This document shows, piece by piece, positions 1-10,082 of a stretch of DNA of 64,000 bases (the stretch's first letter is position 1; the number at the start of each line of letters is the position of its first letter). A model generated the notes under the pieces. That model ran no database searches. It had not been told where the DNA came from and was given only the letters and a program-made list of their open reading frames with translations. The position numbers and the translations under genes are program-made. Source of the stretch: Nitrosarchaeum sp. (GTDB lineage: Archaea > Thermoproteota > Nitrososphaeria > Nitrososphaerales > Nitrosopumilaceae). Where the stretch lies: contig OZ245020.1 in NCBI GenBank assembly GCA_965223865.1, forward strand, positions 1,408,001 to 1,472,000, read 5' to 3'.

Positions 1-654
1 GAATCCTATTGTCTTGTAGCTGCATGGAGGGAACCAACACCAAAAGATTTTGAAAAAGTATGTAAAATTATTTCTGATGTTAATGAGAAAGTTGGAATAA
101 GTATAGAATGTAGTTTAGGATTTCTAACATCAGAACAAGCAAAAAAACTCAAAGAACTCAAAGTAAAGAGATACAATCACAACTTGGAAACTGCAAAATC
201 AAAATTTGCTGAAATTTGTACTACTCATACATATGATGACAGATTAAAAACACTAAGAACTGCAAGGGAAGCAGGATTAGAATTATGCACTGGTGGAATT
301 ATTGGTGTAGGTGAAACACGAGAACAAAGATTAGAATTAACTTTAGAGTTAGCTGCAATTTTTCCTGAAGAAGTAACAATCAATATGTTAGTTCCTGTCC
401 CTGGAACACCACTTGAACTTCAAACTCCCCTATCAAATTCAGAAATTGTAAGAATGTTTTCAGTGATTAGATTTTTGCTTCCCGAATCAGTCATAAAGAT
501 TTCAGGTGGTCGTGAAACTAATCTTGATGACTCTGGAGAAGAATTGTTGCAAAGTGGTGCAAATGGGATTATTACTTCAGGATATCTTACAATGGGCGGA
601 AATGATGCTAGAAAAGACATCAAAATGATTAAAAAAATCGGTCTTGAAGCATAA
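1..654 (+). CDS. bioB: Biotin synthase (radical SAM), 5'-truncated by the window edge
   Basis: Frame is open from base 1 (ESYCLVAAWREP...YNHNLET...CTGGIIG.GE...GYLT), typical BioB motifs; adjacent to bioF. Confidence 0.93.
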   Translation, partial: ESYCLVAAWREPTPKDFEKVCKIISDVNEKVGISIECSLGFLTSEQAKKLKELKVKRYNHNLETAKSKFAEICTTHTYDDRLKTLRTAREAGLELCTGGIIGVGETREQRLELTLELAAIFPEEVTINMLVPVPGTPLELQTPLSNSEIVRMFSVIRFLLPESVIKISGGRETNLDDSGEELLQSGANGIITSGYLTMGGNDARKDIKMIKKIGLEA

Positions 655-1771
655 TCTGAGATTTATCAACAAAGAGTTAGACAAGATTAAAAAAAATCAT
701 CTCTATAGAAGTTTGAAATTTGGTAAATCAAGTGGAGCATACATTACAATTAATGGTAAAAAATTACTAAATCTGTGCTCAAATGATTATCTAGGAATTC
801 CTACAACAAAATTACAAGTCAAACAAATGCAGTCAAGCTCAAGACTTGTCTCAGGAAATGACGAACAATTCAGAATACTAGAAGAAAAGCTGGCCAAACA
901 CAAATCACAAAAAAGCAGTTTAATCTATCCAACAGGATACATGGCAAATTTTGGAACAATTTCAGCAATTGCAAAAAGAGGAGACCTCATACTAAGTGAT
1001 GAACTAAATCATGCAAGCATAATTGAATCATGTAAATTATCTGAAGCAAAGGTTTCAATTTTTAAGCATAATGATACAGATGATCTAAAAAAGAAACTAA
1101 AACAGAAAGCAAAAAAAAAATTTGTAATTACTGAAGGGATTTTTAGTATGGACGGAGATTTTTCAAAACTAGATCAGATAACAGAGATAGTAGAAAAATC
1201 AAATGCAGTTACAATACTAGATGATGCACACGGTGATTTTGTAGTAGGAAAGAATGGAAAAGGAACAGCAAACTATTACAATGTTTCAAAAAAAATTGAC
1301 ATCTATATTAGTAGTCTAAGCAAAGGATTAGGATCCTTTGGTGGGTATATTGCATCAGAGAAAAATGTAATTGATTATTCCATAAACAAATCCAAATCTT
1401 TTATCTATACTTCAGCTCTTCCTACCTTTTTAGTAGAATATTCAATTAAAAGATTGGATTCAAACAGAGAAAAATATCGAAAAAAACTTGAAAAAAATAG
1501 AGAATTTTTTTCAAAAGGTTTGAGAGAAATTGGATATGGGATTAAATCAAACAGTCATATTATTCCGTTAATTATAGGAGATGAAAAAACTGCAATGGAG
1601 TTTGGAAAGTATATTTTTGATAATGGAGTTTATGCTCAGCCAATAAGATATCCTACTGTTCCAAAGAACAAAGCTAGGCTGCGAATAACGATTACGGCTT
1701 GGCTGACCAAAAAAGACATTGAATCTGCCTTGATAATTTTTGAGAAAGCAGCAAAACGTTTCCATTTTTAA
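644..1771 (+). CDS. bioF: 8-amino-7-oxononanoate synthase
   Basis: SNDYLG, SRLVSG, DELNHASII, EGIFSMDGD, DDAHG, SLSKG (PLP lysine), IRYPTVP. Confidence 0.93.
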   Translation: MKHNLRFINKELDKIKKNHLYRSLKFGKSSGAYITINGKKLLNLCSNDYLGIPTTKLQVKQMQSSSRLVSGNDEQFRILEEKLAKHKSQKSSLIYPTGYMANFGTISAIAKRGDLILSDELNHASIIESCKLSEAKVSIFKHNDTDDLKKKLKQKAKKKFVITEGIFSMDGDFSKLDQITEIVEKSNAVTILDDAHGDFVVGKNGKGTANYYNVSKKIDIYISSLSKGLGSFGGYIASEKNVIDYSINKSKSFIYTSALPTFLVEYSIKRLDSNREKYRKKLEKNREFFSKGLREIGYGIKSNSHIIPLIIGDEKTAMEFGKYIFDNGVYAQPIRYPTVPKNKARLRITITAWLTKKDIESALIIFEKAAKRFHF

Positions 1772-1827
1772 TCAAATCAAGTTTTTACAATCCAGATCAG
1801 TTAATCTATCGCATCTTGCTAGAAAAA

Positions 1828-1935
1828 TTATCTGTATGAATCAAGACCAAAAGGACCAGCAGGTGAACCTAAGATTACGGCAATTGTAAGTACTATGCCT
1901 AAGGCCACGCCCACAATAACAAATCGTTTGTTCAT
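1828..1935 (-). CDS. 35-aa single-TM microprotein (not in ORF track)
   Basis: Read manually: MNKRFVIVGVALGIVLTIAVILGSPAGPFGLDSYR*. Confidence 0.55.
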   Translation of the reverse strand: MNKRFVIVGVALGIVLTIAVILGSPAGPFGLDSYR

Positions 1936-2030
1936 AAAATTAAGAGTTCTAGCCAAGATAAAAACGAAATGTCTAGTCATTAGACAAAATTTGGAAGAAC
2001 CCTTTAAAGTAAAATTTACACATTACTACT

Positions 2031-2762
2031 GTGGCAGAGATTACTTTTGCAGTTGCTGCGCTGGCAGGGTTGAGTTCCTTTTTAGCACCTTGTATTTTAC
2101 CTATGATTCCAGCATTTTTGGCATATATCTCAGGAACAACACTTAGTGATCTAAATCAAAGTGCAGGATCAAAAACAGTTACAATTAATAGAACAAATAT
2201 TATTTTAAATTCAGTATTTTTTGTATTAGGATTTTCTGTAGTTTTTTCAATATTAGGAGTTATCATAAACAGTGTTCTATCAAGTTCTGCTGGAATAGTA
2301 GAAGGATTAAACCAAATCGGAGGAGTAATTATAGTAGGGTTTGGAATCTTTTTGCTACTTTCAAGTAAAATTACTAAACTAAATGTAGAAAAGAAATTCT
2401 TTCCAAAAAGATCAAATGCAAGCTATCCAATGTCATTTGTTTTTGGTTTAGCTTTTGCTGCAGGATGGACACCATGTGTTGGACCAATACTTGGGACAAT
2501 TCTGACATTAGCAGCCACTACACCATCTGTTGCATTTAATCTTCTTTTGGTGTATTCATTAGGATTGGGAATTCCATTTATTTTGATTGGAATCTTCTAT
2601 TCAAGAGCAAATAAAATCATCAAGGCGATGAGCAGACATCTAAAATATTATAACCTTATCTTGGGAGGGTTTATTGTAATTTTGGGAGTTCTAGTATTTA
2701 CAAACCAACTTGCATATATTGCAAATTTTCCACTACTTAATGAATTGTTATTTTTAGGATGA
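2031..2762 (+). CDS. ccdA: CcdA/DsbD-like thiol-disulfide transporter
   Basis: SFLAPCILP and GWTPCVGPIL motifs; multiple TM segments. Confidence 0.9.
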   Translation: MAEITFAVAALAGLSSFLAPCILPMIPAFLAYISGTTLSDLNQSAGSKTVTINRTNIILNSVFFVLGFSVVFSILGVIINSVLSSSAGIVEGLNQIGGVIIVGFGIFLLLSSKITKLNVEKKFFPKRSNASYPMSFVFGLAFAAGWTPCVGPILGTILTLAATTPSVAFNLLLVYSLGLGIPFILIGIFYSRANKIIKAMSRHLKYYNLILGGFIVILGVLVFTNQLAYIANFPLLNELLFLG

Positions 2763-2766
2763 AAAA

Positions 2767-3870
2767 ATGAGATCAGAAATAAAAACAGCCATAATATTTG
2801 GCATAATTATTGCAATAGCAGTAGGAGCAACAAGTGTAATTTTATCTACATATGATTCAGAAGTTGAAACCAATACAATAACTGAAGACTCGGGTGGAAA
2901 AATTAATAAATCAAATTTTAAGATGGCACCAAACTTGGTAGGGATTGCCCATTATCTAAATACAACACCTGAAGAACTTTCAGAACAAATCAAAGACAAA
3001 GTAGTCTTGTACGATATTTGGACATATAGTTGCATAAACTGTGTGAGAACATTACCATACATCACAGCATGGAATGAAAAGTACTCAGATGAAGGATTGA
3101 TAGTTATTGGAATTCATTCTCCAGAATTTGAATTTGAAAAAGATCCAAAAAATGTTCAAATGGCAATTGACAAACATGGAATTTCATATCCTGTAGTAAT
3201 GGACAATGATATGGAGACATGGAAGGCTTTTGAAAATAGATACTGGCCAAGAAAATACATTGCAGACCATGAAGGATATATCAGATATGATCATATTGGA
3301 GAGGGAGCATATCAAGAAACTGAAAAGATAATTCAGAAGTTGTTAGAAGAAAGATCAATATCATTAGGATTACAAATTGCATCTGCTGAAACTCTAGTAG
3401 AGTTAGAAGAGTTTGTGCACACAAGTTTTAGAACTCCGGAATTATACTTTGGATACAAATTTGCTCAAAACAGAAATCAGTTAGGAAGTGAAGAAGGATT
3501 CAACCAGAATAAGATTACTACATATTCGGAGCCTCAAAGAATAGAGCTACACAAATTCTATCCTGTAGGAGAATGGAAAAATCTGGAAGACAGTATGGAG
3601 TTGGTATCAAGTACAGGCCATATAAAACTGCAATATCATGCAAAAGAAGTAAATATTGTAACTGCAAATTATGCGGACTTGGAAATCTTTCTTGATGAAA
3701 AACCACTTCCCTCTAAATATACTGGAAAAGACATCATATCAGAAAACAAGATTACAGTTACAGAGCCAGGCCTATACAATATTATAAACAGTAAAGATTC
3801 ATCTACCCACATATTAGAAATTAAAGTCAATAGTCCAGGTTTTCAAATATTCACATTTACCTTTGGATAG
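2767..3870 (+). CDS. Membrane-anchored thioredoxin (DipZ C-terminal-like redoxin)
   Basis: N-terminal TM, WTYSCINC, IGIHSPEFEFEK, RTPELYFG; follows ccdA. Confidence 0.85.
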   Translation: MRSEIKTAIIFGIIIAIAVGATSVILSTYDSEVETNTITEDSGGKINKSNFKMAPNLVGIAHYLNTTPEELSEQIKDKVVLYDIWTYSCINCVRTLPYITAWNEKYSDEGLIVIGIHSPEFEFEKDPKNVQMAIDKHGISYPVVMDNDMETWKAFENRYWPRKYIADHEGYIRYDHIGEGAYQETEKIIQKLLEERSISLGLQIASAETLVELEEFVHTSFRTPELYFGYKFAQNRNQLGSEEGFNQNKITTYSEPQRIELHKFYPVGEWKNLEDSMELVSSTGHIKLQYHAKEVNIVTANYADLEIFLDEKPLPSKYTGKDIISENKITVTEPGLYNIINSKDSSTHILEIKVNSPGFQIFTFTFG

Positions 3871-3930
3871 TGTAACTGAAGTGTCATGTCACTGTGGTTA
3901 CAGCCATGTTGGTGACAAATCCATTTAAAA
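3871..3930 (+). promoter_or_regulatory. TGTNAC/GTNACA repeat operator plus TATA box upstream of cdvB
   Basis: TGTAAC 3871, TGTCAC 3887, GTTACA 3897, GTGACA 3912, TTTAAAA 3924. Confidence 0.45.
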
Positions 3931-3964
3931 CAAAATTTTAGAGCGAGGTTGAGGAAATTAAGGT

Positions 3965-4618
3965 TTGATAAGTAACTCTTGGAACAAGACTGAAAGAGAA
4001 AGCATTTCTCAAAAAGTAATGGGAAAAGTAAAGCCAGACGTACCTCTAAAAAATAAAATAGATATTGCACAAAAAAAGTTACAATTTCAAATTTCTAAAC
4101 TTGAAAACATTACTGAAAAATTACAAAAAAAACATGATGGAATTTTTGAGAAAATTATCAAAGCACAAAGATCACATAATAATGTCTATGCTCAGGCATA
4201 TGCATCTGAACTTGTCCAAATAAGGAAAATGAAAAACATGGTAAGTGGAGCAAAACTGTCAATGGAGCAGATTCATCTCAGATTAAACACAGTTTCAGAA
4301 CTTGGAGATGTAGTAGTTACTCTCAGTCCTGCTATGTCAATCATTAAAGGTCTAAGTCCATCACTAAGTGGAATAATGCCTGAAGCTAATGCTTCAATGC
4401 AAGATTTATCACAATTGTTAGGAGATGTGATGTCTGGTTCATCCATTAATGGAGAGGACATGATGAATGTTGGAAGCCATGAAAACTCGGACACTTTAGC
4501 AATCTTAGAGGAGGCACATTCTGTAATTGCAGGACAAACAAAACAATCCATCCCAGACATTCCAGACAATCTAAAACAAGAAATTGTTCAAAAGAAAACA
4601 ACAGATATTTTCATATAA
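3965..4618 (+). CDS. cdvB: ESCRT-III/Snf7-family cell division protein CdvB (or paralog)
   Basis: Helical Snf7 core AYASEL..IRK...LEQ..LRL.TV.ELGD...TLSPAM. Confidence 0.85.
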   Translation: MISNSWNKTERESISQKVMGKVKPDVPLKNKIDIAQKKLQFQISKLENITEKLQKKHDGIFEKIIKAQRSHNNVYAQAYASELVQIRKMKNMVSGAKLSMEQIHLRLNTVSELGDVVVTLSPAMSIIKGLSPSLSGIMPEANASMQDLSQLLGDVMSGSSINGEDMMNVGSHENSDTLAILEEAHSVIAGQTKQSIPDIPDNLKQEIVQKKTTDIFI

Positions 4619-4625
4619 GCAAAAT

Positions 4626-4967
4626 TCATCTAGATTTTTTTTTGCTTTTTTGAATTAGGATTTTTTTGATTCTAGAGATAGTAGGGTAACTGTATCCTCT
4701 TCTTCGATAATTTGCAATCATCATTTTCCAGTTTTTGAGTCTCCATTGAGCTTGCTCTGTAGTTACCGAATGAACTTCTTTTTGAATTATACTTTTTCTT
4801 CCAACCTTTAGAGTTCCAGCATCTTTGGCAGACCATCTATTTTTTGCAAATTTCAGACCTGTTAAAATTTCACTAAGGGGCATTTCTTTGAAATACTCTT
4901 TTAATTTCTTTATCTCAGCATCTGTTGGTTTTTTTGCAAGAGATAATTCTATTGTAGGTTTTTGCAC
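4626..4967 (-). CDS. Basic hypothetical protein
   Basis: 113-aa Lys/Arg-rich ORF. Confidence 0.65.
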   Translation of the reverse strand: MQKPTIELSLAKKPTDAEIKKLKEYFKEMPLSEILTGLKFAKNRWSAKDAGTLKVGRKSIIQKEVHSVTTEQAQWRLKNWKMMIANYRRRGYSYPTISRIKKILIQKSKKKSR

Positions 4968-5056
4968 ATAAAGACTAAAATCTGATTACATAAGAAATTC
5001 TTGCTAAATCAGATTTTACTAATATGGATAATAATACAAAACAATTTCATATAGAA

Positions 5057-5176
5057 CTAGCAATCTATGCCCACAATAGAGTTTTTACATATTGTCATGT
5101 ACATCCCTAATCCCAAAATCAAGGCAGCAAAAGCACCCAATGGAATTAAAATAAAGACATTGGTCTTTAAACCCAT
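5057..5176 (-). CDS. 39-aa single-TM microprotein (not in ORF track)
   Basis: MGLKTNVFILIPLGAFAALILGLGMYMTICKNSIVGIDC*. Confidence 0.5.
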   Translation of the reverse strand: MGLKTNVFILIPLGAFAALILGLGMYMTICKNSIVGIDC

Positions 5177-5215
5177 AAAAAAAATTAATCTTTTCCATAT
5201 AAAATTGTCACAGTT

Positions 5216-5632
5216 TTATTCAATGGTGATAACAAAAGTTCCTTTTGTGTTTGGATTTTGTAATAAAGATACCATTTCTCTAGGTAAAAGATCAGAGGCT
5301 TTGTCACATTTCACTGACAATGTTCTTGGGCAAACAAAGTCGCTTTTTCTAATTACAATATCTTCTGTGTGTGTTAAAGTAAGATTTTCATGTCCTTGTC
5401 CCTTTACAAGAAATTTATGTTCTCCTACTTTGATTAAAAAAGACACTTTGGAGTTAGGATCTCTCAGTTTTTCTTTAAATTCTGATGGTAAATCTGCACA
5501 ACTGGAGGTGGCATTTACACCAATGATGCAATCTCCCTGAGGAGTCAAATGAGATTCTTTTGTAATTTCTATTGTTTTTTGATGAAATGACCGGATATTT
5601 TCATGCCCAGAAAATTCAATTTCAAATTTCAT
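5216..5632 (-). CDS. DUF371 family protein
   Basis: GH.NI...H..T.EITKE..LT..GDCIIGV, D.VIRKSDF...RTL; start moved to ATG 5632. Confidence 0.85.
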   Translation of the reverse strand: MKFEIEFSGHENIRSFHQKTIEITKESHLTPQGDCIIGVNATSSCADLPSEFKEKLRDPNSKVSFLIKVGEHKFLVKGQGHENLTLTHTEDIVIRKSDFVCPRTLSVKCDKASDLLPREMVSLLQNPNTKGTFVITIE

Positions 5633-5769
5633 AAAAAATAAAATGCAAATCATACAAATTAAGCTTGACAAAAATGAAAAAAGGAGTGACCGTTAGCCTC
5701 CGATCAATTAAGATGAATTTTCTGATTATGGGCAGAGTTTAAATTAAACTTTCAAAGCATTGGAATCAA

Positions 5770-6507
5770 ATGCTTCCTGCACAACAAGGTTACGATAGAG
5801 CAATTACAGTATTTTCCCCCGATGGCAGACTGTATCAGGTAGAATATGCAATAGAGACTGTAAGACGAGGCACTATTGCAGTTGGAGTAAAGTGCAAAGA
5901 AGGAATAGTCATTGCAGTGGAGGAGAAACCAAGAAAACTGCAAATTTCTGAGACTGCACAAAAGATTTTCCAAATTGATGATCATGTAGGAGTTGCAGCA
6001 GCAGGGTACATTCCTGATGCAAGAAGTCAAGTGGATAACGCAAGATTCTTTTCACAAAGTAACAAAATGATTTATGATGAACTAGTTGAAGTTGAGACAA
6101 TTGCAAAGCATTTAGCTGATCAATGTCAACAATTTACACAATATGCAGGAGTAAGACCATTTGGTGTTGCATTAATCCTTGGAGGAGTAGTTAACGGTAA
6201 ACCGCAGTTATTTCTAACAGATCCTAGTGGAACTTACATTTCTTATGATGCAATTGCAATTGGTTCAGGTTCTGATCAAGTAACAGACTTTTTAGAAAAG
6301 ACATATTCATCAGATCTTTCACTTGATGATGCCTCTGCATTAGCAGCTGGCGGAATTTATTTGGGAAGTGAAGATAAGGAAGGAACAAGTCATATTAGAA
6401 TGGCACAAATAAAATCAGACACTGGTTTATTTTCATTGGTATCCGATGAACAAGTTGCAAACTATGCAAAAACTGCAATAGAAAAATATCCACACGACAA
6501 GAACTAA
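5770..6507 (+). CDS. psmA: Proteasome alpha subunit
   Basis: YDRAITVFSPDGRLYQVEYA signature. Confidence 0.97.
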   Translation: MLPAQQGYDRAITVFSPDGRLYQVEYAIETVRRGTIAVGVKCKEGIVIAVEEKPRKLQISETAQKIFQIDDHVGVAAAGYIPDARSQVDNARFFSQSNKMIYDELVEVETIAKHLADQCQQFTQYAGVRPFGVALILGGVVNGKPQLFLTDPSGTYISYDAIAIGSGSDQVTDFLEKTYSSDLSLDDASALAAGGIYLGSEDKEGTSHIRMAQIKSDTGLFSLVSDEQVANYAKTAIEKYPHDKN

Positions 6508-6525
6508 TTGCTATAAAATATTTGT

Positions 6526-7359
6526 GTGAATAATTCATTGAAACTGTCTGTCGCCATTCCAGAATCTTCATTATCTGATGAGTCTACCAAAATAGATAAA
6601 ACAAGAAAGATTTCAGTTCTAGCAAGAGCCTGTGCAATATTTAGAATAGATACAATTTATGTATACCATGAAGGAAACAACAAAGAAGATGGGAATCTTC
6701 TTGTAACCATTCTAAAATATTTGGAGACCCCACAATTTCTACGAAAAAGATTGTTCCCAAAAATGAACGAATTGAAATTTGCAGGAGTCTTACAACCATT
6801 GAAAATTCCGAGCCACATAACTCCTGCCAATCCAAAAAAAATCATCAAAGGTGACATTAGAGAAGGAATTGTTGTTAGTATGAAAGGTAAAAGATTTGTC
6901 GATGTTGGAATAAATCAACTTGTTCCATATTTTGGCAAAGAGAATATGGGAAAACGAATCACGGTTCAATTCAAAACAGATTATCCAGATTTTACAGTAA
7001 AAGAAATTCAAAAAGATGAATCATCCCTTTATTGGGGATATTCAGTAAAAGAGAGAGCAAATCTTTTTTCATTAATGGATGAGTGGAAAGGAAATACTAT
7101 AATCACATCGAGAAAAGGAAAAACTGCAACAAAAGAGCAATTAGCAAAATATCTAAAATCAAACCTGCCAACTTTGGTAGTTTTTGGTTCTCCTGCAAAA
7201 GGAGTTCACGAAATTCTGGGCGGTAAAATGAAAAATGTTCAAAATGCAAAAACATTAAACTTTTTTCCAAACCAAGCAACTGAAACTGTTCGCTTAGAGG
7301 AGGCACTAATGGGTACATTATCAATAATTAATGCATATACTTTAGGTCAGAGTAACTAA
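6526..7359 (+). CDS. SPOUT RNA methyltransferase (DUF171/SPOUT1-like)
   Basis: ARACAIFR, YLETPQFLRK, VFGSP..G, NQ.TETVRLEEA. Confidence 0.85.
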   Translation: MNNSLKLSVAIPESSLSDESTKIDKTRKISVLARACAIFRIDTIYVYHEGNNKEDGNLLVTILKYLETPQFLRKRLFPKMNELKFAGVLQPLKIPSHITPANPKKIIKGDIREGIVVSMKGKRFVDVGINQLVPYFGKENMGKRITVQFKTDYPDFTVKEIQKDESSLYWGYSVKERANLFSLMDEWKGNTIITSRKGKTATKEQLAKYLKSNLPTLVVFGSPAKGVHEILGGKMKNVQNAKTLNFFPNQATETVRLEEALMGTLSIINAYTLGQSN

Positions 7360-7360
7360 A

Positions 7361-7471
7361 ATGGCTGAAAAGAAAAATTTTTTGATCTTAGCAATAGGAT
7401 TAGGAGTAATAGGAATCATAATTGGTGGTATCACGATATGGAATATTACTTCGAGTTTGTTTGAGCCATGA
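7361..7471 (+). CDS. 36-aa single-TM microprotein (not in ORF track)
   Basis: MAEKKNFLILAIGLGVIGIIIGGITIWNITSSLFEP*, 1 nt after the previous stop. Confidence 0.55.
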   Translation: MAEKKNFLILAIGLGVIGIIIGGITIWNITSSLFEP

Positions 7472-7569
7472 TCTAAATTTCAAAACAATATGGTTAACCA
7501 AGTAAAATTTTTAGGTTAACAACAACTCACATGGTTTATTAGACGGTTCTCGATGATTTCGTTTTATCC

Positions 7570-8562
7570 ATGGGACATAGAAAACACAGTCAACCACGTA
7601 GAGGAAGCTTGGCCTACTATCCACGAGGTCGTGCAAAGAGTATGGAGGCACGAATAAGGGCATGGCCAAAAATTGATTCAGAAGAACCAAAGATTTTAGC
7701 TCATTGCGGTTTCAAAGCAGGTTGTGTCCAAATTGTATCTATAGATGATCGTGACAAGACGCCTAATGCAGGAAAACAACTAGTTAGTCTTGGAACAGTT
7801 TTAGTTACTCCTCCGGTTTTAGTTTTAGGAGTCAGAGGTTATTCAAAAGATCATAATGGACTGCATGCAGAATTTGACGTGTATGCAGATGAACTTCCAA
7901 AAAACATAACAAAAGAAATTTCATTGAAAAATAAAGAGGGAGCAATAGAAAATGCAGAAAAAAAATTGAAGAGTATTAAAGAGATTTATGCTATTGTTGC
8001 AGTATCTCCAAGTGCTGCAGGGCTTGAACAAAAAAAACCATACATATTTGAAGCATCAGTTAGCGGAGGAGACATTCAAAAACAATTTACTCATGTTAAA
8101 GAATTATTAGGAAAAGAAATCAAAATTGATCAAATTTTTGAAACAGGCGCAAGTGTTGATGTTGCTGCAATCACAAAAGGAAAAGGATGGCAAGGAGTAA
8201 TTCAAAGAATGGGTGCAAAAAGAAAGCAGCATAAATCCAGAAAGACAGTAAGAGAATTAGGTTCGCTAGGTCCAATTTCTCCTCAATATGTAATGTATAC
8301 TGTTCCAAGAGCAGGACAGATGGGATTTCATCAAAGAATTGAATATGACAAAAGAATAATGATGATAGGAAACACAGAAGAAAATGAACTAAAAATCAAC
8401 CCAGAGGGAGGCTACAAGCATTTTGGTTTAGTTAAAGGAGACTTTGTTATTCTAAAAGGTTCAGTTCCTGGAACATATAGAAGATTGATAAAACTAAGAA
8501 GTCAAATTAGAAATGTACCAGCTAAAATTTCAAAACCAAACATTTTAGAGGTTGTAGTATAA
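7570..8562 (+). CDS. rpl3: 50S ribosomal protein L3
   Basis: PRRGSL, GFKAG, TKGKGWQG, GQMGFHQR, KGSVPG. Confidence 0.97.
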   Translation: MGHRKHSQPRRGSLAYYPRGRAKSMEARIRAWPKIDSEEPKILAHCGFKAGCVQIVSIDDRDKTPNAGKQLVSLGTVLVTPPVLVLGVRGYSKDHNGLHAEFDVYADELPKNITKEISLKNKEGAIENAEKKLKSIKEIYAIVAVSPSAAGLEQKKPYIFEASVSGGDIQKQFTHVKELLGKEIKIDQIFETGASVDVAAITKGKGWQGVIQRMGAKRKQHKSRKTVRELGSLGPISPQYVMYTVPRAGQMGFHQRIEYDKRIMMIGNTEENELKINPEGGYKHFGLVKGDFVILKGSVPGTYRRLIKLRSQIRNVPAKISKPNILEVVV

Positions 8563-9374
8563 TGAAGACAACATCATTTTCAATTAGTGGTGCCAAAGAA
8601 GGCGAAGTTGAATTGCCATTGATTTTCTCAACGCCATTTAGAAAAGAATTAATCCACAAGGCATTCACAAATTTAAATTCTCATAAGTTCCAACCACAAG
8701 GAAGGCATCCAACTGCAGGTATGGATGTAGTTGCAAGATCAAATGATCCTCCAACAGGTCAACATCAGGCACGTATTGCCAAGATGAGAGGTGGAGGTGG
8801 AGGAAGACAAGGCCAAGCTGGAGGTGTAGCATCGGTAAGAGGAGGAAGGCAAGCACATCCCCCAATAGTGGATAAAGTAATTTACAAAAAAATAAACAAA
8901 AAAGAAAGTAAACTAGCCTTATGTTCTGCCATTGCAGCTACTGCATCAAAGAAATTAGTTCAATCAAGAGGTCACAAAGTTGATGATATAGAATCATTTC
9001 CAATTGTGGTGTCAAATGACATTGAATCAATCTCAAAAGCCACAGAGTTTTCCAAAGTTTTAGACTCATTGAAATTAATGAGTGATGTTAAACGACTAGA
9101 AACAAGAAAACCACGAACAGGAAAATCTTCACTAAGAGGCAGAAGTAAAAAAGTTGGAAAAAGCGTATTGTTTGTTACCAAGTATGCTTCAAATATCAGT
9201 AAAGCTTGTGGTGCACTACCAGGAGTCGAAGTAAGATCTGTAAAGGACCTAAGTGTATTAGATTTGGCTCCAGGTTCAGATCCAATTAGATTAACCGTTT
9301 ATTCAAAGGCAGCCTTAGAAGAAATTGCAAAAATAAAATCAACACATCTTGAGGTAATGGTGAAAGTACAATGA
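8562..9374 (+). CDS. rpl4: 50S ribosomal protein L4
   Basis: RGGRQAHPP, LDLAPG; operon position. Confidence 0.96.
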   Translation: MKTTSFSISGAKEGEVELPLIFSTPFRKELIHKAFTNLNSHKFQPQGRHPTAGMDVVARSNDPPTGQHQARIAKMRGGGGGRQGQAGGVASVRGGRQAHPPIVDKVIYKKINKKESKLALCSAIAATASKKLVQSRGHKVDDIESFPIVVSNDIESISKATEFSKVLDSLKLMSDVKRLETRKPRTGKSSLRGRSKKVGKSVLFVTKYASNISKACGALPGVEVRSVKDLSVLDLAPGSDPIRLTVYSKAALEEIAKIKSTHLEVMVKVQ

Positions 9375-9637
9375 ATGTAGATCAAGCAACAAAAATTATT
9401 TTGAAACCATACATTACCGAAAAAACGTTTGCGATGGTAGAAAATGAAAGTAAAATTTGTTTTATTGTGGAGAAAACAGCTAGTAAACCACAAATCGCTG
9501 AAGCTATAAACGCACTTTATAATCAAAAAGCAACTAATGTAAACACTGCAAGAACAATTTACGGAAAGAAAGCTTTCGTACAGTTTGAATCAACAGAAAA
9601 GGCGCGAGATTTAGCTACAAAGATAGGAATGCTATAA
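9371..9637 (+). CDS. rpl23: 50S ribosomal protein L23
   Basis: PYITEK, KKAFV. Confidence 0.95.
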   Translation: MNVDQATKIILKPYITEKTFAMVENESKICFIVEKTASKPQIAEAINALYNQKATNVNTARTIYGKKAFVQFESTEKARDLATKIGML

Positions 9638-9681
9638 TATGGACTGTAAAACTTTAACAACACTAACAGAGGAGATGCAAG

Positions 9682-10077
9682 ATGGTTAAAGAATTTTCAT
9701 ACAGAGGAATCCCACAGGCAGAATTAGAAAGTATGTCACTGGAAAAATTATTCCAGTTGTTTAACTCAAGACAAAGACGTTCACTTACTAGAGGAATTAC
9801 TGATGGCAAAAGAAAACTAATTGAAGAAATCAAAGCAGCCAAAGCAGGTAAACTAAAGAATCCAATCAAAACTCATTGCAGAGATTTAATTATTCTGCCA
9901 TATATGGTAGGTGTTCCAGTAAACGTTTTCTCAGGAAAGGAGTTTGTTCCAGTCCACATCAAAACTGAAATGATTGGACATTATTTGGGAGAATATGTAA
10001 TAACTAATAGAAGAGTCTCACACGGTGCACCAGGTGTAGGAGCATCAAGATCCAGTCTCTATGTACCACTAAAGTGA
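9682..10077 (+). CDS. rps19: 30S ribosomal protein S19
   Basis: KTH.RD, MIGHYLGE, HGAPGVGASRSS. Confidence 0.96.
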   Translation: MVKEFSYRGIPQAELESMSLEKLFQLFNSRQRRSLTRGITDGKRKLIEEIKAAKAGKLKNPIKTHCRDLIILPYMVGVPVNVFSGKEFVPVHIKTEMIGHYLGEYVITNRRVSHGAPGVGASRSSLYVPLK

Positions 10078-10082
10078 TCATT

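Noticed and set aside
5067-5540. 157-aa + strand ORF and similar overlapping ORFs (for example 1895-2146, 10599-10982, 14335-14649, 40209-40568, 62336-62674)
   Set aside because: Shadow frames overlapping well-supported genes.
5672-5726. Possible box C/D sRNA upstream of psmA (ATGA...CTGA)
   Set aside because: No canonical RUGAUGA box and the guide spacing is wrong; the region is a divergent promoter.
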